From positions 5,825-69,824 of the forward strand of contig JBBRPY010000001.1 in NCBI GenBank assembly GCA_038227375.1: a stretch of DNA of 64,000 bases. The letters run 5' to 3'. The position numbers and the translations under genes were made by a program. Positions 10,372-20,097 of this stretch are shown one piece after another. Within the stretch, counting starts at the first letter, position 1; each line of letters starts with the position of its first letter. This stretch comes from Dehalococcoidia bacterium. Lineage in GTDB: Bacteria; Chloroflexota; Dehalococcoidia; DSTF01; JACRBR01. The notes under the pieces were generated by a model, which saw only the letters and a list, made by a program, of their open reading frames with translations, was not told the DNA's origin and made no database searches.

Positions 10372-11288
10372 TGCTCCGTTGGTTGCTCTCCGAGATGGAG
10401 GCGTACCCTTCTGCAACCTTCAGCGCCGGACTATTGCGGGCGCAGTTCGGCGAATCATTTGGTGAGCTCGTTGCCGAGGGCATGCTCCGCCTTGTCACTG
10501 AGGCACCCGAATATACTTTGGACCCCCATGGGAATCGTCGACTTGTGGTGTACGAGACGCCAGAGGACGCCATGCTCATGGATGAAGACGACCCGGAATC
10601 TGATCCGGTCCGGGTGGCCATCGAAGACATCGCCGAATGGAGAGTCGAGATCCCCGCGATCGTCGGAGCCCTACGTCGTGAAAATGCGCTCGACGGACCA
10701 CGAGGGCGGCTTTCCGATCGGCTCTGGCTTCTCGGCACCTACGAGTCACGACTGGGCGCCACAGCAGTCTTGCTCGCGTTCCTGGTCGGCGGTGGCGCTG
10801 AAACAACGCTGCGCGCACTACCGTCATTGCTCCCGATGGCGTCGGCGAATTTCCTGGTCTGTTGTCCTGCCTTCGAGCCAGACGTGAGGGACCAGCGCGT
10901 GTTCGAGCAACTCGGCGTTCACTGCGTTCCGATGGTTTTCCCCTCGTTGCGGATCGACCTACCGGTCGCTCTCGAACGGGTCCCTCGGACGCCATCTCGT
11001 TCGCGAGCAGGAAAAGGCGGCGGAGGTCGCCCACGCGGTTCGGGAGTCGGAGCGATGCTCGCCTGTTGGTTAGATTGTGAGAGAGTACTCGACCGGGTTG
11101 ACTCGGTGGGGAAGTTCTACGACGCCGCGTTAGTGTATCTGCGAAAGCATGACCTGCTTGGCAGTCCTCCTCTAACCCGCGCGAAGCTGCCTCGCCAGGT
11201 CGCCGACGCGAGACGAGCGCGAGGCTCGCGCGGATGTGCGTATCGCGGACACAAGTCGGGTGTCCCTCCCGATTTACTTCCCGATTAA
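10371..11288 (+). CDS. Hypothetical protein with Gly/Arg-rich segment, no recognisable family (island cargo gene 2)
   Basis: Its start overlaps the stop of the upstream ORF (TGATG). 305 aa, contains KGGGGRPRGSGVG. No catalytic motif was recognised. Confidence 0.55.
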   Translation: MLRWLLSEMEAYPSATFSAGLLRAQFGESFGELVAEGMLRLVTEAPEYTLDPHGNRRLVVYETPEDAMLMDEDDPESDPVRVAIEDIAEWRVEIPAIVGALRRENALDGPRGRLSDRLWLLGTYESRLGATAVLLAFLVGGGAETTLRALPSLLPMASANFLVCCPAFEPDVRDQRVFEQLGVHCVPMVFPSLRIDLPVALERVPRTPSRSRAGKGGGGRPRGSGVGAMLACWLDCERVLDRVDSVGKFYDAALVYLRKHDLLGSPPLTRAKLPRQVADARRARGSRGCAYRGHKSGVPPDLLPD

Positions 11289-11344
11289 CTGCCTCACCCG
11301 TATTCCGGGAGCGGGCATCGTGACACGCCACGTACAGTCGAACT

Positions 11345-11587
11345 GTGAAGCGAACCGCGATTGCACCCGGCACTGTTTCGTCCCAATCCGCGACCGCGCT
11401 CGATCGTGACCATGCATCGATTGACGCGGATGGGATGCTCGTCCCCGAGGCGCTTGATGTGACGCGGCTTTTCGAGCGTACATGTGGCTTACCCGGACGG
11501 GAGGCACCTCTGTCGAGGATCGTGACCGCGATGCTTCAAGAGGCGTTGGCCTACGAGGCAAGGAAGAATGACACGACGTCCGAGTAA
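11345..11587 (+). CDS. Small ribbon-helix-helix (CopG/Arc-like) DNA-binding protein; possible recombination directionality factor or regulator
   Basis: C-terminal half LVPEALDVTRLFERTCGLPGREAPLSRIVTAMLQEALAYE fits the RHH pattern (beta strand, LxxxLxxL helix, G, second helix). It ends 20 nt inside the serine-recombinase ORF. The exact start is uncertain. Confidence 0.35.
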   Translation: MKRTAIAPGTVSSQSATALDRDHASIDADGMLVPEALDVTRLFERTCGLPGREAPLSRIVTAMLQEALAYEARKNDTTSE

Positions 11588-13475
11588 GGCGCGTCCGATC
11601 GTGGACTTCGAGGGGCTCCGCGGACTGCGGACTCGCGCATACATTCGCGAGTCGTCACTCCGCCAGGCGAAGGCCGATCACTACGGTCCGGACACGCAAC
11701 GTGCAGGCATCCGTCGATTCTGCGAGCGATGGCAACTTGCCTATCCTAATCGTGAGTATTTCGACGCAAGCAGCGGGCGCGGGACGGCGAAGCGCAGCTT
11801 CCTCCACAGCGCATTGGCCGATGCGGGCGAGTATGACGTCCTGCTCGTTTACATCACTTCTCGAAGCTTCCGGAACAGGGAAGACGCCCAGAGTTGGAAG
11901 CGCAAGTTCCGGGAAGCCGGGATCACGATCGTATTTACGGAGCAAGGCATCATCTCCGGGCTGCCTCGGGACAAGTTGCTCGAAGGCTTCCACGAGATCA
12001 TCGACGAGCAGTACAGCGACACCCAAGCCATGCTCATCTCCGGCGGCCTGCGACAGAAGTTCGAGCAGGGAGGCGTCAACGGCGTGCAATCGCTCGGCTA
12101 CTGTCGCTTCCACGGCGAAGAGGGCGATCCGCTCAACGGCAGCCTGATTGTCGACGAAGCCAAGAGACCAGCCGTGCGCGCCGTCGTCGATCGCTACCTG
12201 ACAAGACGATACTCCGCTGCGGCGATCGCGCTCGACATCAACCTCCAGGTTGATGAGCACGGCCGCCCCCTCTACACCACCCGCCTGGGACGCCCCTTCA
12301 CCAAGGGCAGCGTCGAGGAGATCCTGCGCAACCGCACATACACCGGGGTAACCGTGTGGCGACCAGGCACGCCGGAGGAGGAAGTGCGGCCGGGCATGCA
12401 CGAGGCACTCATCATGCCGGAAGAATGGGCAGAGATCGAACGCATCCGCGCGCGTCGGACGACGGTACGGGGACGCCGGCCTGTTTCTCGCTCTTACCCG
12501 CTATCCAGACCGTCGCGGTGCTTTTACTGCCGTGCTTCGTTCGCTGGTGACACCGGCGGTCGCCTCGGCTCTCGACGCCTCCGCCACGCCATTTCGGTGC
12601 TCTGCGACAATCCTCGCCGGTCCTTCGCCGTCGACGCGTTGGAAGCACAGATGACCGCTCTGCTAACGGAGCGCATGCGGCTTCCGGACGACTGGCAGCA
12701 GGTCTACCTGAAGGCGGTTGCTTCGCCTGCACCGGCGGGAACGCGTTGCTCGGCCGAACGCGGGCGACTGGAACGCGCGCTTGAGAAGCTGAAGGATCTG
12801 TACACCTGGCAGGATATGAGGCGAGAGGAATACCACCGACAGAAGGACGAGATCGACCATCAACTTGCGGCGATCGCGTCTCCATCATCCGGTCCGGTCG
12901 CGTTGGTCGACGTTCGGCGTGCAGCCGAACTGCTACGTGATCCGGGCGCTCTCTGGTCACATCCCGGCGTCAGTGGCAAGCGGCGCGAGGAGTTCATCGA
13001 CGAAGTTTTCGAGGAGATCTTGCTCGATGAGAACGGCATTCGGCGGGTCACAACGCGAGGCGAATATCGGGTGCTGGTCGCAGTTGCTGAAGGTGAGAGC
13101 TGGGGGGGAAATGGTCGGGGCGGCAGGATTCGAACCTGCGACCTCCTGACCCCCAGTCAGGTGCGCTACCGGGCTGCGCTACGCCCCGAACAGCGCATGA
13201 TATCACGGCCAAGCTGGATGACCGAAGGTCAGTGGAGTCGAAGATGGTCCACTGACCTTCCTGCCACGCGGCGAGCGATCCCTCAGTCAACAACTGGGCG
13301 CTGCTCGAATCGGCGCCACACGCCGTCGAACGCCGGCCACGGTGGACCGGCGCGTAGGGCGTTGAGGAGTTCTCGCGCTGCTCGTTGCCCATTCGGGAGT
13401 TGGTCGCCTGAATCCCAGCGCCACGCTGCGACCATCGCAAGCACGAGGCCCCGGCACTGGCCGAGCAGTTCTTGA
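11568..13475 (+). CDS. Large serine recombinase (resolvase domain + recombinase domain + zinc ribbon + coiled coil); its 3' end runs through tRNA-Pro
   Basis: Catalytic motif [11 protein letters not shown] (Y-x-R-x-S-x-x-Q), recombinase domain, CFYC zinc ribbon, coiled coil [30 protein letters not shown]. The family-typical length (~510 aa) ends about 13100, exactly where the tRNA starts, but there is no in-frame stop until 13475. The functional 3' end is therefore uncertain. Confidence 0.7.
   Translation: MTRRPSKARPIVDFEGLRGLRTRAYIRESSLRQAKADHYGPDTQRAGIRRFCERWQLAYPNREYFDASSGRGTAKRSFLHSALADAGEYDVLLVYITSRSFRNREDAQSWKRKFREAGITIVFTEQGIISGLPRDKLLEGFHEIIDEQYSDTQAMLISGGLRQKFEQGGVNGVQSLGYCRFHGEEGDPLNGSLIVDEAKRPAVRAVVDRYLTRRYSAAAIALDINLQVDEHGRPLYTTRLGRPFTKGSVEEILRNRTYTGVTVWRPGTPEEEVRPGMHEALIMPEEWAEIERIRARRTTVRGRRPVSRSYPLSRPSRCFYCRASFAGDTGGRLGSRRLRHAISVLCDNPRRSFAVDALEAQMTALLTERMRLPDDWQQVYLKAVASPAPAGTRCSAERGRLERALEKLKDLYTWQDMRREEYHRQKDEIDHQLAAIASPSSGPVALVDVRRAAELLRDPGALWSHPGVSGKRREEFIDEVFEEILLDENGIRRVTTRGEYRVLVAVAEGESWGGNGRGGRIRTCDLLTPSQVRYRAALRPEQRMISRPSWMTEGQWSRRWSTDLPATRRAIPQSTTGRCSNRRHTPSNAGHGGPARRALRSSRAARCPFGSWSPESQRHAATIASTRPRHWPSSS
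13112..13188 (-). tRNA. tRNA-Pro (anticodon GGG), CCA encoded
   Basis: Reverse complement GGGGCGTAGCGCAGCCCGGTAGCGCACCTGACTGGGGGTCAGGAGGTCGCAGGTTCGAATCCTGCCGCCCCGACCA folds as a cloverleaf. Anticodon loop CUGGGGG gives anticodon GGG. T-arm GGTTCGAATCC. Confidence 0.85.
13150..13189. repeat. 40-bp direct repeat copy 1 (tRNA-Pro nt 1-39 plus 1); a perfect second copy lies at 14417..14456
   Basis: The identical 40-mer cccccagtcaggtgcgctaccgggctgcgctacgccccga occurs at both positions. The flanks diverge immediately on either side. Confidence 0.85.
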
Positions 13476-14164
13476 TCAGCGTCAGGATAGCGCTCGCTGA
13501 CCTCTTCGGGCACATGGGCGAGGTCGAATTCGACGGGCCCACGGCAACACGTCTCGAGGTCTATGAACAGCGGCCCGCTCTTCGTGTTGAGCACATTGCC
13601 CGAGTGCGGCTCGCCGTGCAGCAGTTGCTCCGCAGCGCTGCGGTCGCAGATCGTTCGTCTCAGGCTTTCTAAGGTGTTGCCGAGAAGCTCCCGGTCGGCG
13701 TCGGCGAGTGCCGGAGTGCGGTCGCGGCTCGCAACGAGTTGTTGAGCCCCCGCGACTCGATCCGTGTAGTGCGGCGTCGTGGCATCGAGCTTCCGCATGC
13801 CGGCATGCAGCCGCTCCAGCGCATTTGCGTAGTCGGCTGGTGAGACCTCTCCAGCTGCCACAGGTTCGTAGTAGATCCACAGCGTGATCACGAAGCCGTC
13901 AAGCTCGTAGACGCGCGGCTCCACTCGAGGCTCAAGAACACCCACAGGGCTCTCGGATGCAGCAAGCCGTTGAGCAAGCGCGACTTCGAACTGTGCGACC
14001 TCCTGCCCTATAGGTGCGACTCGGGCAAGGACGTCACAGGGCAGCAGGCGCAGAACGAGCTTGTTCGAGTCGCGAAAAACGATTGCGTTCGTCGATTTCA
14101 GGTCGAGCGCTGCTGCGGTCGACATCGCCGCAGCCACCGCACGCCGAACCCTTGCTGCTTGCAT
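13283..14164 (-). CDS. Phosphotransferase enzyme family protein (APH / aminoglycoside-kinase-like)
   Basis: Catalytic loop HGEPHSGNVL (cf. HGDxHxGN) and FIDLETCCRGPVEFDLA (cf. IDwE...DLA), 293 aa. An inverted-repeat hairpin (GGTCAGTGGA...TCCACTGACC) follows its 3' end at about 13226-13256. Confidence 0.65.
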   Translation of the reverse strand: MQAARVRRAVAAAMSTAAALDLKSTNAIVFRDSNKLVLRLLPCDVLARVAPIGQEVAQFEVALAQRLAASESPVGVLEPRVEPRVYELDGFVITLWIYYEPVAAGEVSPADYANALERLHAGMRKLDATTPHYTDRVAGAQQLVASRDRTPALADADRELLGNTLESLRRTICDRSAAEQLLHGEPHSGNVLNTKSGPLFIDLETCCRGPVEFDLAHVPEEVSERYPDADQELLGQCRGLVLAMVAAWRWDSGDQLPNGQRAARELLNALRAGPPWPAFDGVWRRFEQRPVVD

Positions 14165-14373
14165 CTTCGCGTTACCCTCGCCACTTTGCTAGGAGATCTC
14201 GAAAGCGTGCAATCTAACCTACGTACGATACGTAACGGTTCAATCGAGAACCGCCGGATCAACCAGGTGATACCGGGGGTTGTCTAACAGTCGATGAGAG
14301 ACAGGTGTTATTCGAAAAGCGCGCGAACCGCAGATAACTTCGTGTTTCTAGCTTCGGACCGCAGTACAAACGC

Positions 14374-14416
14374 ACAGCGTTAGCGCAGCGTTTGCGCAGC
14401 GTTAGCGCAGCGTTAG
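14374..14416. repeat. Four tandem copies of an 11-bp unit (AGCGTTAGCGC, one AGCGTTTGCGC variant) abutting the partial tRNA copy
   Basis: acagcgttagcgc agcgtttgcgc agcgttagcgc agcgttagc read directly from the sequence. Confidence 0.7.
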
Positions 14417-14455
14417 CCCCCAGTCAGGTGCGCTACCGGGCTGCGCTACGCCCCG
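14417..14455 (-). pseudogene. Partial tRNA-Pro (5' 39 nt only); attachment-site remnant
   Basis: Perfect copy of tRNA nt 1-39 (acceptor 5' strand through the anticodon loop), lacking the 3' half. Flanked on one side by the 11-bp tandem repeats. Confidence 0.75.
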
Positions 14456-14601
14456 AGACCGCGATTTTATCACGCCGTAGAGCTGGCGGCACTGGCGGGT
14501 GGCGTCCCGTCCTGGTTTCTTAAAAGCCACATTGGTCGCTGCGAAGGTCCCCTGGCGACCAAGGCTGGAGGAGGCTTCGCCCCCTCCCCGCCAAACGTGC
14601 C

Positions 14602-14631
14602 TTGACACAGCTTGCACACACTCCGTATCAT
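14602..14631 (+). promoter_or_regulatory. Candidate sigma-70-type promoter for recA (TTGACA, 18 nt spacer, TATCAT)
   Basis: -35 TTGACA at 14602-14607 and -10 TATCAT at 14626-14631, about 75 nt upstream of the recA start. Confidence 0.35.
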
Positions 14632-14705
14632 GGCCGCATTAGTAGCGCATTTGTTCTAAGTCCGGTGCCCGGCGGCGCCGCAACAGGCTCTGGCAGGAGG
14701 CGTAC

Positions 14706-15827
14706 ATGGCTCGGAACGCAGAGAAGTCGCAGCCCAATCCGCGGTCGTCCGACATGAGCGAGGCCAAGAAGGACCAGGCGCTCATCGACACACTGGCCGA
14801 CATCGAGAAGCGCTACGGCCGCGGCGCCATCATGAAGCTGGGCGACGCGAAGGACTTCGAGGTCGAAGTCATCTCCACCGGCTCGCTGGCGATCGACCTC
14901 GCGCTCGGTGTCGGCGGCCTGCCGCGCGGCCGCATCACCGAGATCTACGGGCCCGAGGGCGCCGGCAAGTCGACGCTGGCGTATCACGTCGTGGCGTCCG
15001 CCCAGCGCATCGGCGGCATCGCGGCGTACATCGATGTCGAGCACGCGCTCGATAAGGACCACGCCGAGTCGTGCGGGATCAATGTCGCCGAGCTGCTGAT
15101 CTCCCAGCCCGACACCGGCGAGCAGGCGCTCGAAATCTGCGACGCCCTGGTCCGCAGCAACGCCGTCGATGTCATCGTCGTCGACAGTGTCGCGGCGCTC
15201 GTGCCACGCGCGGAGATCGAAGGCGAGATGGGCGATTCGCTGCCCGGCCTGCAGGCGCGGCTGATGTCGCAGGCGCTGCGCAAGCTCACCGCCGTCATCT
15301 CGAAGTCGCGCGCCACCGTCATCTTCATCAACCAGCTCCGGGAGAAGATCGGCGTCGTCTTCGGCAACCCGGAGGTGACACCGGGCGGTCGCGCGCTCAA
15401 GTTCTACAGCTCCGTGCGCATCGAGCTGCGACGGGCGGAGTCGCTGAAGCAGGGCACCGACATCATCGGCAACCGCGTACGCGCCAAGATTGTGAAGAAC
15501 AAGGTGGCCGCGCCGTTCCGCACGGCCGAGTTCGACATCCTCTTCAGCGGCAAGCATCGCGGCATCAGCCGCGAGGGCGACATCGTCGACCTCGGCGTCG
15601 ACAACAACGTGCTCAAGAAGATGGGCGCCTTCTTCAGCTATGGCGACCTCCGTCTCGGCCAGGGGCGCGAGGCGGCGAAGGAGTACCTTCGGCAGAACCC
15701 GGACGTCGCGCGCGAGATCGAAGACCTAATCGTCTCCGGCGCACCAGAGGAGGGAGCCGCCGCCAGCCGCAACGGCCACGGCCCCGCGGTCGCCATCGCC
15801 GAAGCGGAACCCGAGCCGGAGGAGTAG
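14706..15827 (+). CDS. recA: Recombinase RecA
   Basis: Walker [12 protein letters not shown] and full-length RecA similarity ([23 protein letters not shown]...[18 protein letters not shown]). The first ~16 aa may be an N-terminal extension; an alternative start is ATG 14754 ([10 protein letters not shown]). Confidence 0.95.
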   Translation: MARNAEKSQPNPRSSDMSEAKKDQALIDTLADIEKRYGRGAIMKLGDAKDFEVEVISTGSLAIDLALGVGGLPRGRITEIYGPEGAGKSTLAYHVVASAQRIGGIAAYIDVEHALDKDHAESCGINVAELLISQPDTGEQALEICDALVRSNAVDVIVVDSVAALVPRAEIEGEMGDSLPGLQARLMSQALRKLTAVISKSRATVIFINQLREKIGVVFGNPEVTPGGRALKFYSSVRIELRRAESLKQGTDIIGNRVRAKIVKNKVAAPFRTAEFDILFSGKHRGISREGDIVDLGVDNNVLKKMGAFFSYGDLRLGQGREAAKEYLRQNPDVAREIEDLIVSGAPEEGAAASRNGHGPAVAIAEAEPEPEE

Positions 15828-15878
15828 TGTGAAACCGGGCGCCGCCCACGAGCCACGGCCAGCGCGCCATTTCTCGGC

Positions 15879-16526
15879 ATGATCATCACGGCCATCGACC
15901 GCGTACCAAAGCGCCGCGGCAGGATGCAGGTCCACATCGACGGCGTCTCCTCGGTCGAGCTCTCGAGCGCTACCGTGCGTACGCATGGTCTGAAGCCGGG
16001 CATCGCGATCGAACCCGACGGGGTGCGCGAGATGCTCGCCGCGGACCAGCGGCGGACCTCGCTCGACACGGCCGTCGCGATGCTCGCCCGCCGCCCGCAC
16101 AGCGAACGAGAGGTGCAGCAGCGCCTCGCGCGCCGGCGCTGCGAGCCGGCAATCATCGACGAGACGGTGACGAAGCTGCGCACCGTCCACCTGCTCGACG
16201 ACGCGGAGTACGCCCGCGCCTGGGTGGAAGCCCGCGACCGTCTGGCGCCTCGCGGACAACGCCTGCTGATGCAGGAGCTGCGTGCGCGCGGCGTGTCCGC
16301 CGAGGTCGCGGAGGCCGCCGCTACCGGCGTGTCGGACGATGATGCGGCGTCGCGCGCGGCCGCCCGGCGCGTGCGGTCGCTGGTGGCGCTGGAATACGAC
16401 GCCTTCTGCGCGAAACTTGGCGCCTTCCTGCAGCGCCGCGGCTTCGCCTGGGAGACCTGCCGCGCCACCGCTGACCGCTGCTGGCGCGAGCTGCAGGATG
16501 GCGCCGACGCCGCTCCGGGCGGGTGA
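15879..16526 (+). CDS. recX: RecA regulator RecX
   Basis: Located immediately downstream of recA, 215 aa, helical repeat architecture typical of RecX. Confidence 0.8.
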   Translation: MIITAIDRVPKRRGRMQVHIDGVSSVELSSATVRTHGLKPGIAIEPDGVREMLAADQRRTSLDTAVAMLARRPHSEREVQQRLARRRCEPAIIDETVTKLRTVHLLDDAEYARAWVEARDRLAPRGQRLLMQELRARGVSAEVAEAAATGVSDDDAASRAAARRVRSLVALEYDAFCAKLGAFLQRRGFAWETCRATADRCWRELQDGADAAPGG

Positions 16527-16547
16527 TCTCGCGCCCGCCGTTGGATA

Positions 16548-17646
16548 CGCTGCCCCGGTGACGCCGCTTCTCCCTCGACGCGCTTCTCCCCGTGCGCGAG
16601 CTTTGTTGTGGGTCTTCGTGGTTGCCCTCGCATTTGCGACGGGCTGCGGCTCGGGCAGTTCGCCCGCCGGCCGCACGGGCACACCAGGCGGCGCCGCCAG
16701 CGCGGCGACCGGCACGAAGATCGCTCGGTCATCGGGCGGCGCGGGTTCGCTGATCATCACCGAGCCGGACGGGCTGACCGAGTACGACATCAAGGGCGGC
16801 TCCTCGAAGCCACTGATCAAGGCCGCCGACGCCAGCACCTTTCTGCTCGACCCCTCGGTGTCCGCCGACAACCGCCTGCTCGCCTACGTCGTGCAGCCGC
16901 CCCCGAAGATCCAGGGCACGAAATACGACGCCGGGTCCGACCTCTGGGTGGCGAACCGCGACGGCAGCGGTCAGCACGCCATCTTCACGCACGAAAGCCC
17001 GAACCAGCTCGTCCGCTTCCCGCAGTGGGAGGACAGCGGCCACCTGCTGGCAGTCGTCCAGGAGATCGCGAACTCCGGCGGCACGACGAGCGTGACCTAC
17101 GTCCTCGAACGGATCGACATCGCCACCGGGCAGCGGACGCGCCTTCTCGACGACATGCTGGCCTTCGGACTCTCCCCTGACGGCAAGCGCGCGGTCTACG
17201 CAAAGCTGGCGCCCCAGGCGGGCGAGACGCTGGAGACTGTCGACGTCGCGGGCGGGGTGTCGAACACGCTGGTCGGCATCGATCAGAACCTGAGCCCCTT
17301 CAACTCACCGCGCTTCTCCCCCGACGGCAAGCTCATCGCCTTCGCGTCGGCCGACCAGACGGGCGCGCGCGCAGACTTCCGGTACGTCGCCGCGGCGTCT
17401 GGACCGCAGCCGGCGCGCTCGCTCGATGGACTTCCGCAGGACATCTGGACGATCGACGCGGCCGGTGGCGCCCCGCGCCGTGCCGCCGACCTCAAGGAAG
17501 ACCTACCGGCCCTCGCCTGGAGCGGCGACGGCAAGCACCTGTACGTCGTTGGCGCCGCCGGCCTCTACGACGTGAATCTGCCAAACGGCGCCAGCAGCCG
17601 CCTCGGCGACGGCTCCTTCCACGCCCAGCTCGTCTGGACGCCGTGA
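16548..17646 (+). CDS. TolB-like PD40 beta-propeller repeat lipoprotein
   Basis: Signal peptide plus lipobox (LAFATGCGS); PD40 repeats (LSPDGKRAVY, FSPDGKLIAFAS, WSGDGKHLYVV). The start is placed at GTG ~16548. The ORF-track start at 16282 overlaps recX. Confidence 0.6.
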
Positions 17647-17965
17647 GATGCCGTTTCGAGCATATCCCCGACGCCGCCGGGCGTACCCGGCCATTTCAGC
17701 CTTCGGCCACCGCAGTTGCAACAGACATATGGAAGGACATCGTCAGACATGTTAGGTGGACTGTCATCCGCGCCAAACGACGAAATTCGAATCTGCTTTG
17801 GACTAGAATGGATTGCCACGCGCAGGACAATCGACGGGACATTACATTCGACTAACATGCCCTATCCGATGGGGAGATGGTTGCCGACATCCACCTCGGC
17901 GACAATCGGCGCCGTCAGCCTGATCACGTCTTGCGGCACGGTTGGGCCGTTAGGAAAGCTGCGCT

Positions 17966-18226
17966 GTGACGCCTGACCGCCGCCCGAAGCGGCACCACGT
18001 ACGGGATGCGATTGCCCTGCTGCCGGCCGTGTCTTTGTTTGTCCTCGCCTTGGTGTGCGCGTTCGGCGCGGCAGGCGTGCTCAAGAATCTCTTCGTGGAG
18101 CACCCGGACAGCCAGAAGTATCTCTACATTGTGTATGGGGGCCTGTTTCTGATCTTGAGCGCCACCTTCCTCTCATTGGGCGCATTGGCCGTCCGCGGCA
18201 TTCTGCGCGGGCGGTCTGCCGGTTGA
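17966..18226 (+). CDS. Possible small two-TM membrane protein (hypothetical)
   Basis: 86-aa ORF with two hydrophobic helices inside a low-GC intergenic stretch. There is no supporting homology. Confidence 0.25.
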   Translation: MTPDRRPKRHHVRDAIALLPAVSLFVLALVCAFGAAGVLKNLFVEHPDSQKYLYIVYGGLFLILSATFLSLGALAVRGILRGRSAG

Positions 18227-18364
18227 ACCCGACCGTTACCGAGACGCCGGTTTCCTTGACCGCCGGATCGGGCCGTGCATATCATGAACAATTGAAGCGC
18301 AGAAGTTCGTCTACGAGCTTCAAGGAGAGCGTAGCGACTTAAACACCGGAAAGAGAGGCTACCA

Positions 18365-19900
18365 ATGTTCGCCATCCTGGGCGCCGCCGTGATTGGCGCC
18401 ATCGTAGGATTGGCGATCGGGGCTCTCCTCGGCTACGCGGCGAAGCGTAGCGGCAACAAGGACCTGGAGCTGATCGCCGAGCAGAACGCGGCAAGACTTC
18501 AGTCCAATGCACAGGCAGAGGTCAAGGAGATCCTCCTCAATGCGAAAGAGGAGGCAATTCAAGTCCGAGCTCAGGCCGAAAACGAGGTCAAGACGCGCCG
18601 GGAAGAAGTTCTCCGGCTTGAGCAGCGTGTTGCTACAAGGGAAGAGAATCTCGATCGCAAAGTAGACAACCTGGAACGCCGCGAAACGACCTTCACCGAG
18701 AAGGAACGCCAACAGGAAGTCATTCGCGCGGAGATCGACGAGCTCCGCAAGACCAAATTGGCCGAAGTCGAGCGCGTTTCCGGCCTCACCACGCAGGAGG
18801 CGAAAGACCTCCTGCTCAAGGAGCTGGAGCAAGAGATCCGCGACGAAGCCAATCGCATGGTGCGCGTCCTCGAGGCGGAAGCCAAGGAAGAGGCGGACTC
18901 CCGCTCACGGAGCATTCTCGCCACCACCATGCAGCGGCTGATGGCCGACGTCGTCACCGAGACGACGGTGTCGGTGGTGCCGATCCCCAGCGATGACATG
19001 AAGGGCAGGATCATCGGTCGCGAAGGCCGGAACATCCGTGCCCTCGAGACGGCGACCGGCGTCGACCTGATCATCGACGACACGCCCGACGCCGTCACAC
19101 TCTCAGCGTTCGACCCCGTGCGGCGCGAAATTGCCCGCGTGGCGCTCACCAAGCTCGTGCTCGACGGGCGGATCCACCCCACCCGCATCGAGGAGGTGGT
19201 CGAAAAGGCGCGCGGCGAAGTCGACGCCAGCATCAAGACCGCAGGCGAGCAGGCGGCGATCGAGGCCGGCTGCCCGGGCCTGCACCCCGAAATCCTGCGC
19301 ACGCTGGGCAAGCTGAAGTACCGCACGTCATACGGCCAGAACCAGCTCAAGCACGCGGTCGAGTCCGCCTTCATCGCGGCGATGATCGCCGAGGAGGTGG
19401 GGGCGGACGTGAACATCTGCCGGCGCGGCGCCTTGATGCACGACATCGGCAAGGCGATAGACCACGAGATCGAGGGCACCCACGCCATGCTCGGCGGCGA
19501 GCTGGTCCGGCGCTACAACGTGCAGCCGGCGGTAGTGCACTGCATCGAGGCGCACCACGAAGAGATCGAGGTCGAGACGACGGAAGCCGTCATCGTGCAG
19601 ATCGCCGACGCGATCAGCGGCAGTCGGCCGGGGGCACGCCGCGAGACGCTCGAGCTCTACATCAAGCGGCTCGAGGCGCTCGAGAGCATCGCCAACAGCT
19701 TCAAGGGCGTCGAGAAGTCGTTTGCCATCCAGGCCGGACGCGAGATCCGCATCATGGTGAAGCCGGACGAAATCGACGACATGGACTCGATGCGCCTCGC
19801 CCGCGACGTCAGCAGGAAGATCGAAGAGTCGATGGAGTATCCCGGGCAGATCAAGGTGACGGTCGTGCGGGAGACGCGGGCGAGCGAGTACGCGCGGTAG
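18365..19900 (+). CDS. rny: Ribonuclease Y
   Basis: N-terminal TM helix, coiled coil, KH domain (GRIIGREGRNIRALE), HD domain (ALMHDIGKAIDHE...HH). Confidence 0.95.
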   Translation: MFAILGAAVIGAIVGLAIGALLGYAAKRSGNKDLELIAEQNAARLQSNAQAEVKEILLNAKEEAIQVRAQAENEVKTRREEVLRLEQRVATREENLDRKVDNLERRETTFTEKERQQEVIRAEIDELRKTKLAEVERVSGLTTQEAKDLLLKELEQEIRDEANRMVRVLEAEAKEEADSRSRSILATTMQRLMADVVTETTVSVVPIPSDDMKGRIIGREGRNIRALETATGVDLIIDDTPDAVTLSAFDPVRREIARVALTKLVLDGRIHPTRIEEVVEKARGEVDASIKTAGEQAAIEAGCPGLHPEILRTLGKLKYRTSYGQNQLKHAVESAFIAAMIAEEVGADVNICRRGALMHDIGKAIDHEIEGTHAMLGGELVRRYNVQPAVVHCIEAHHEEIEVETTEAVIVQIADAISGSRPGARRETLELYIKRLEALESIANSFKGVEKSFAIQAGREIRIMVKPDEIDDMDSMRLARDVSRKIEESMEYPGQIKVTVVRETRASEYAR

Positions 19901-20097
19901 GGCGCGGCGCCCGCTGGAAGTCGAAGGTCGGAAATCGGAAGTCGGACGAATTGCGGTCCGATTCTCGAGCCGCCTCCATCGACACGCATGTGCAACCGCG
20001 ATCGCGCGCGGCACCATTCTGCGCTGTGGACGGGGCGTCCTCCGCGGACTCGTCGGCAGTTTGAGGACGATTCCGGCCAGTCTGAGCGGAGCATCGA

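Noticed and set aside
14458-14705. LexA/Cheo-box (GAAC-N4-GTTC) search upstream of recA
   Set aside because: Only a half-site-like TTTGTTCTA was found; no convincing palindrome. A -35/-10 promoter is reported instead.
16282-16547. N-terminal extension of the TolB-like lipoprotein ORF
   Set aside because: It overlaps the recX coding region. The signal peptide and lipobox start near 16548.
14628-16871. Several long minus-strand ORFs (14628..15557, 15638..16732, 15726..16871) and plus-strand 15071..15832
   Set aside because: They are antisense to, or frame-shifted within, recA/recX, which have unambiguous homology. These are high-GC open-frame artefacts rich in Arg/Ala/Pro.
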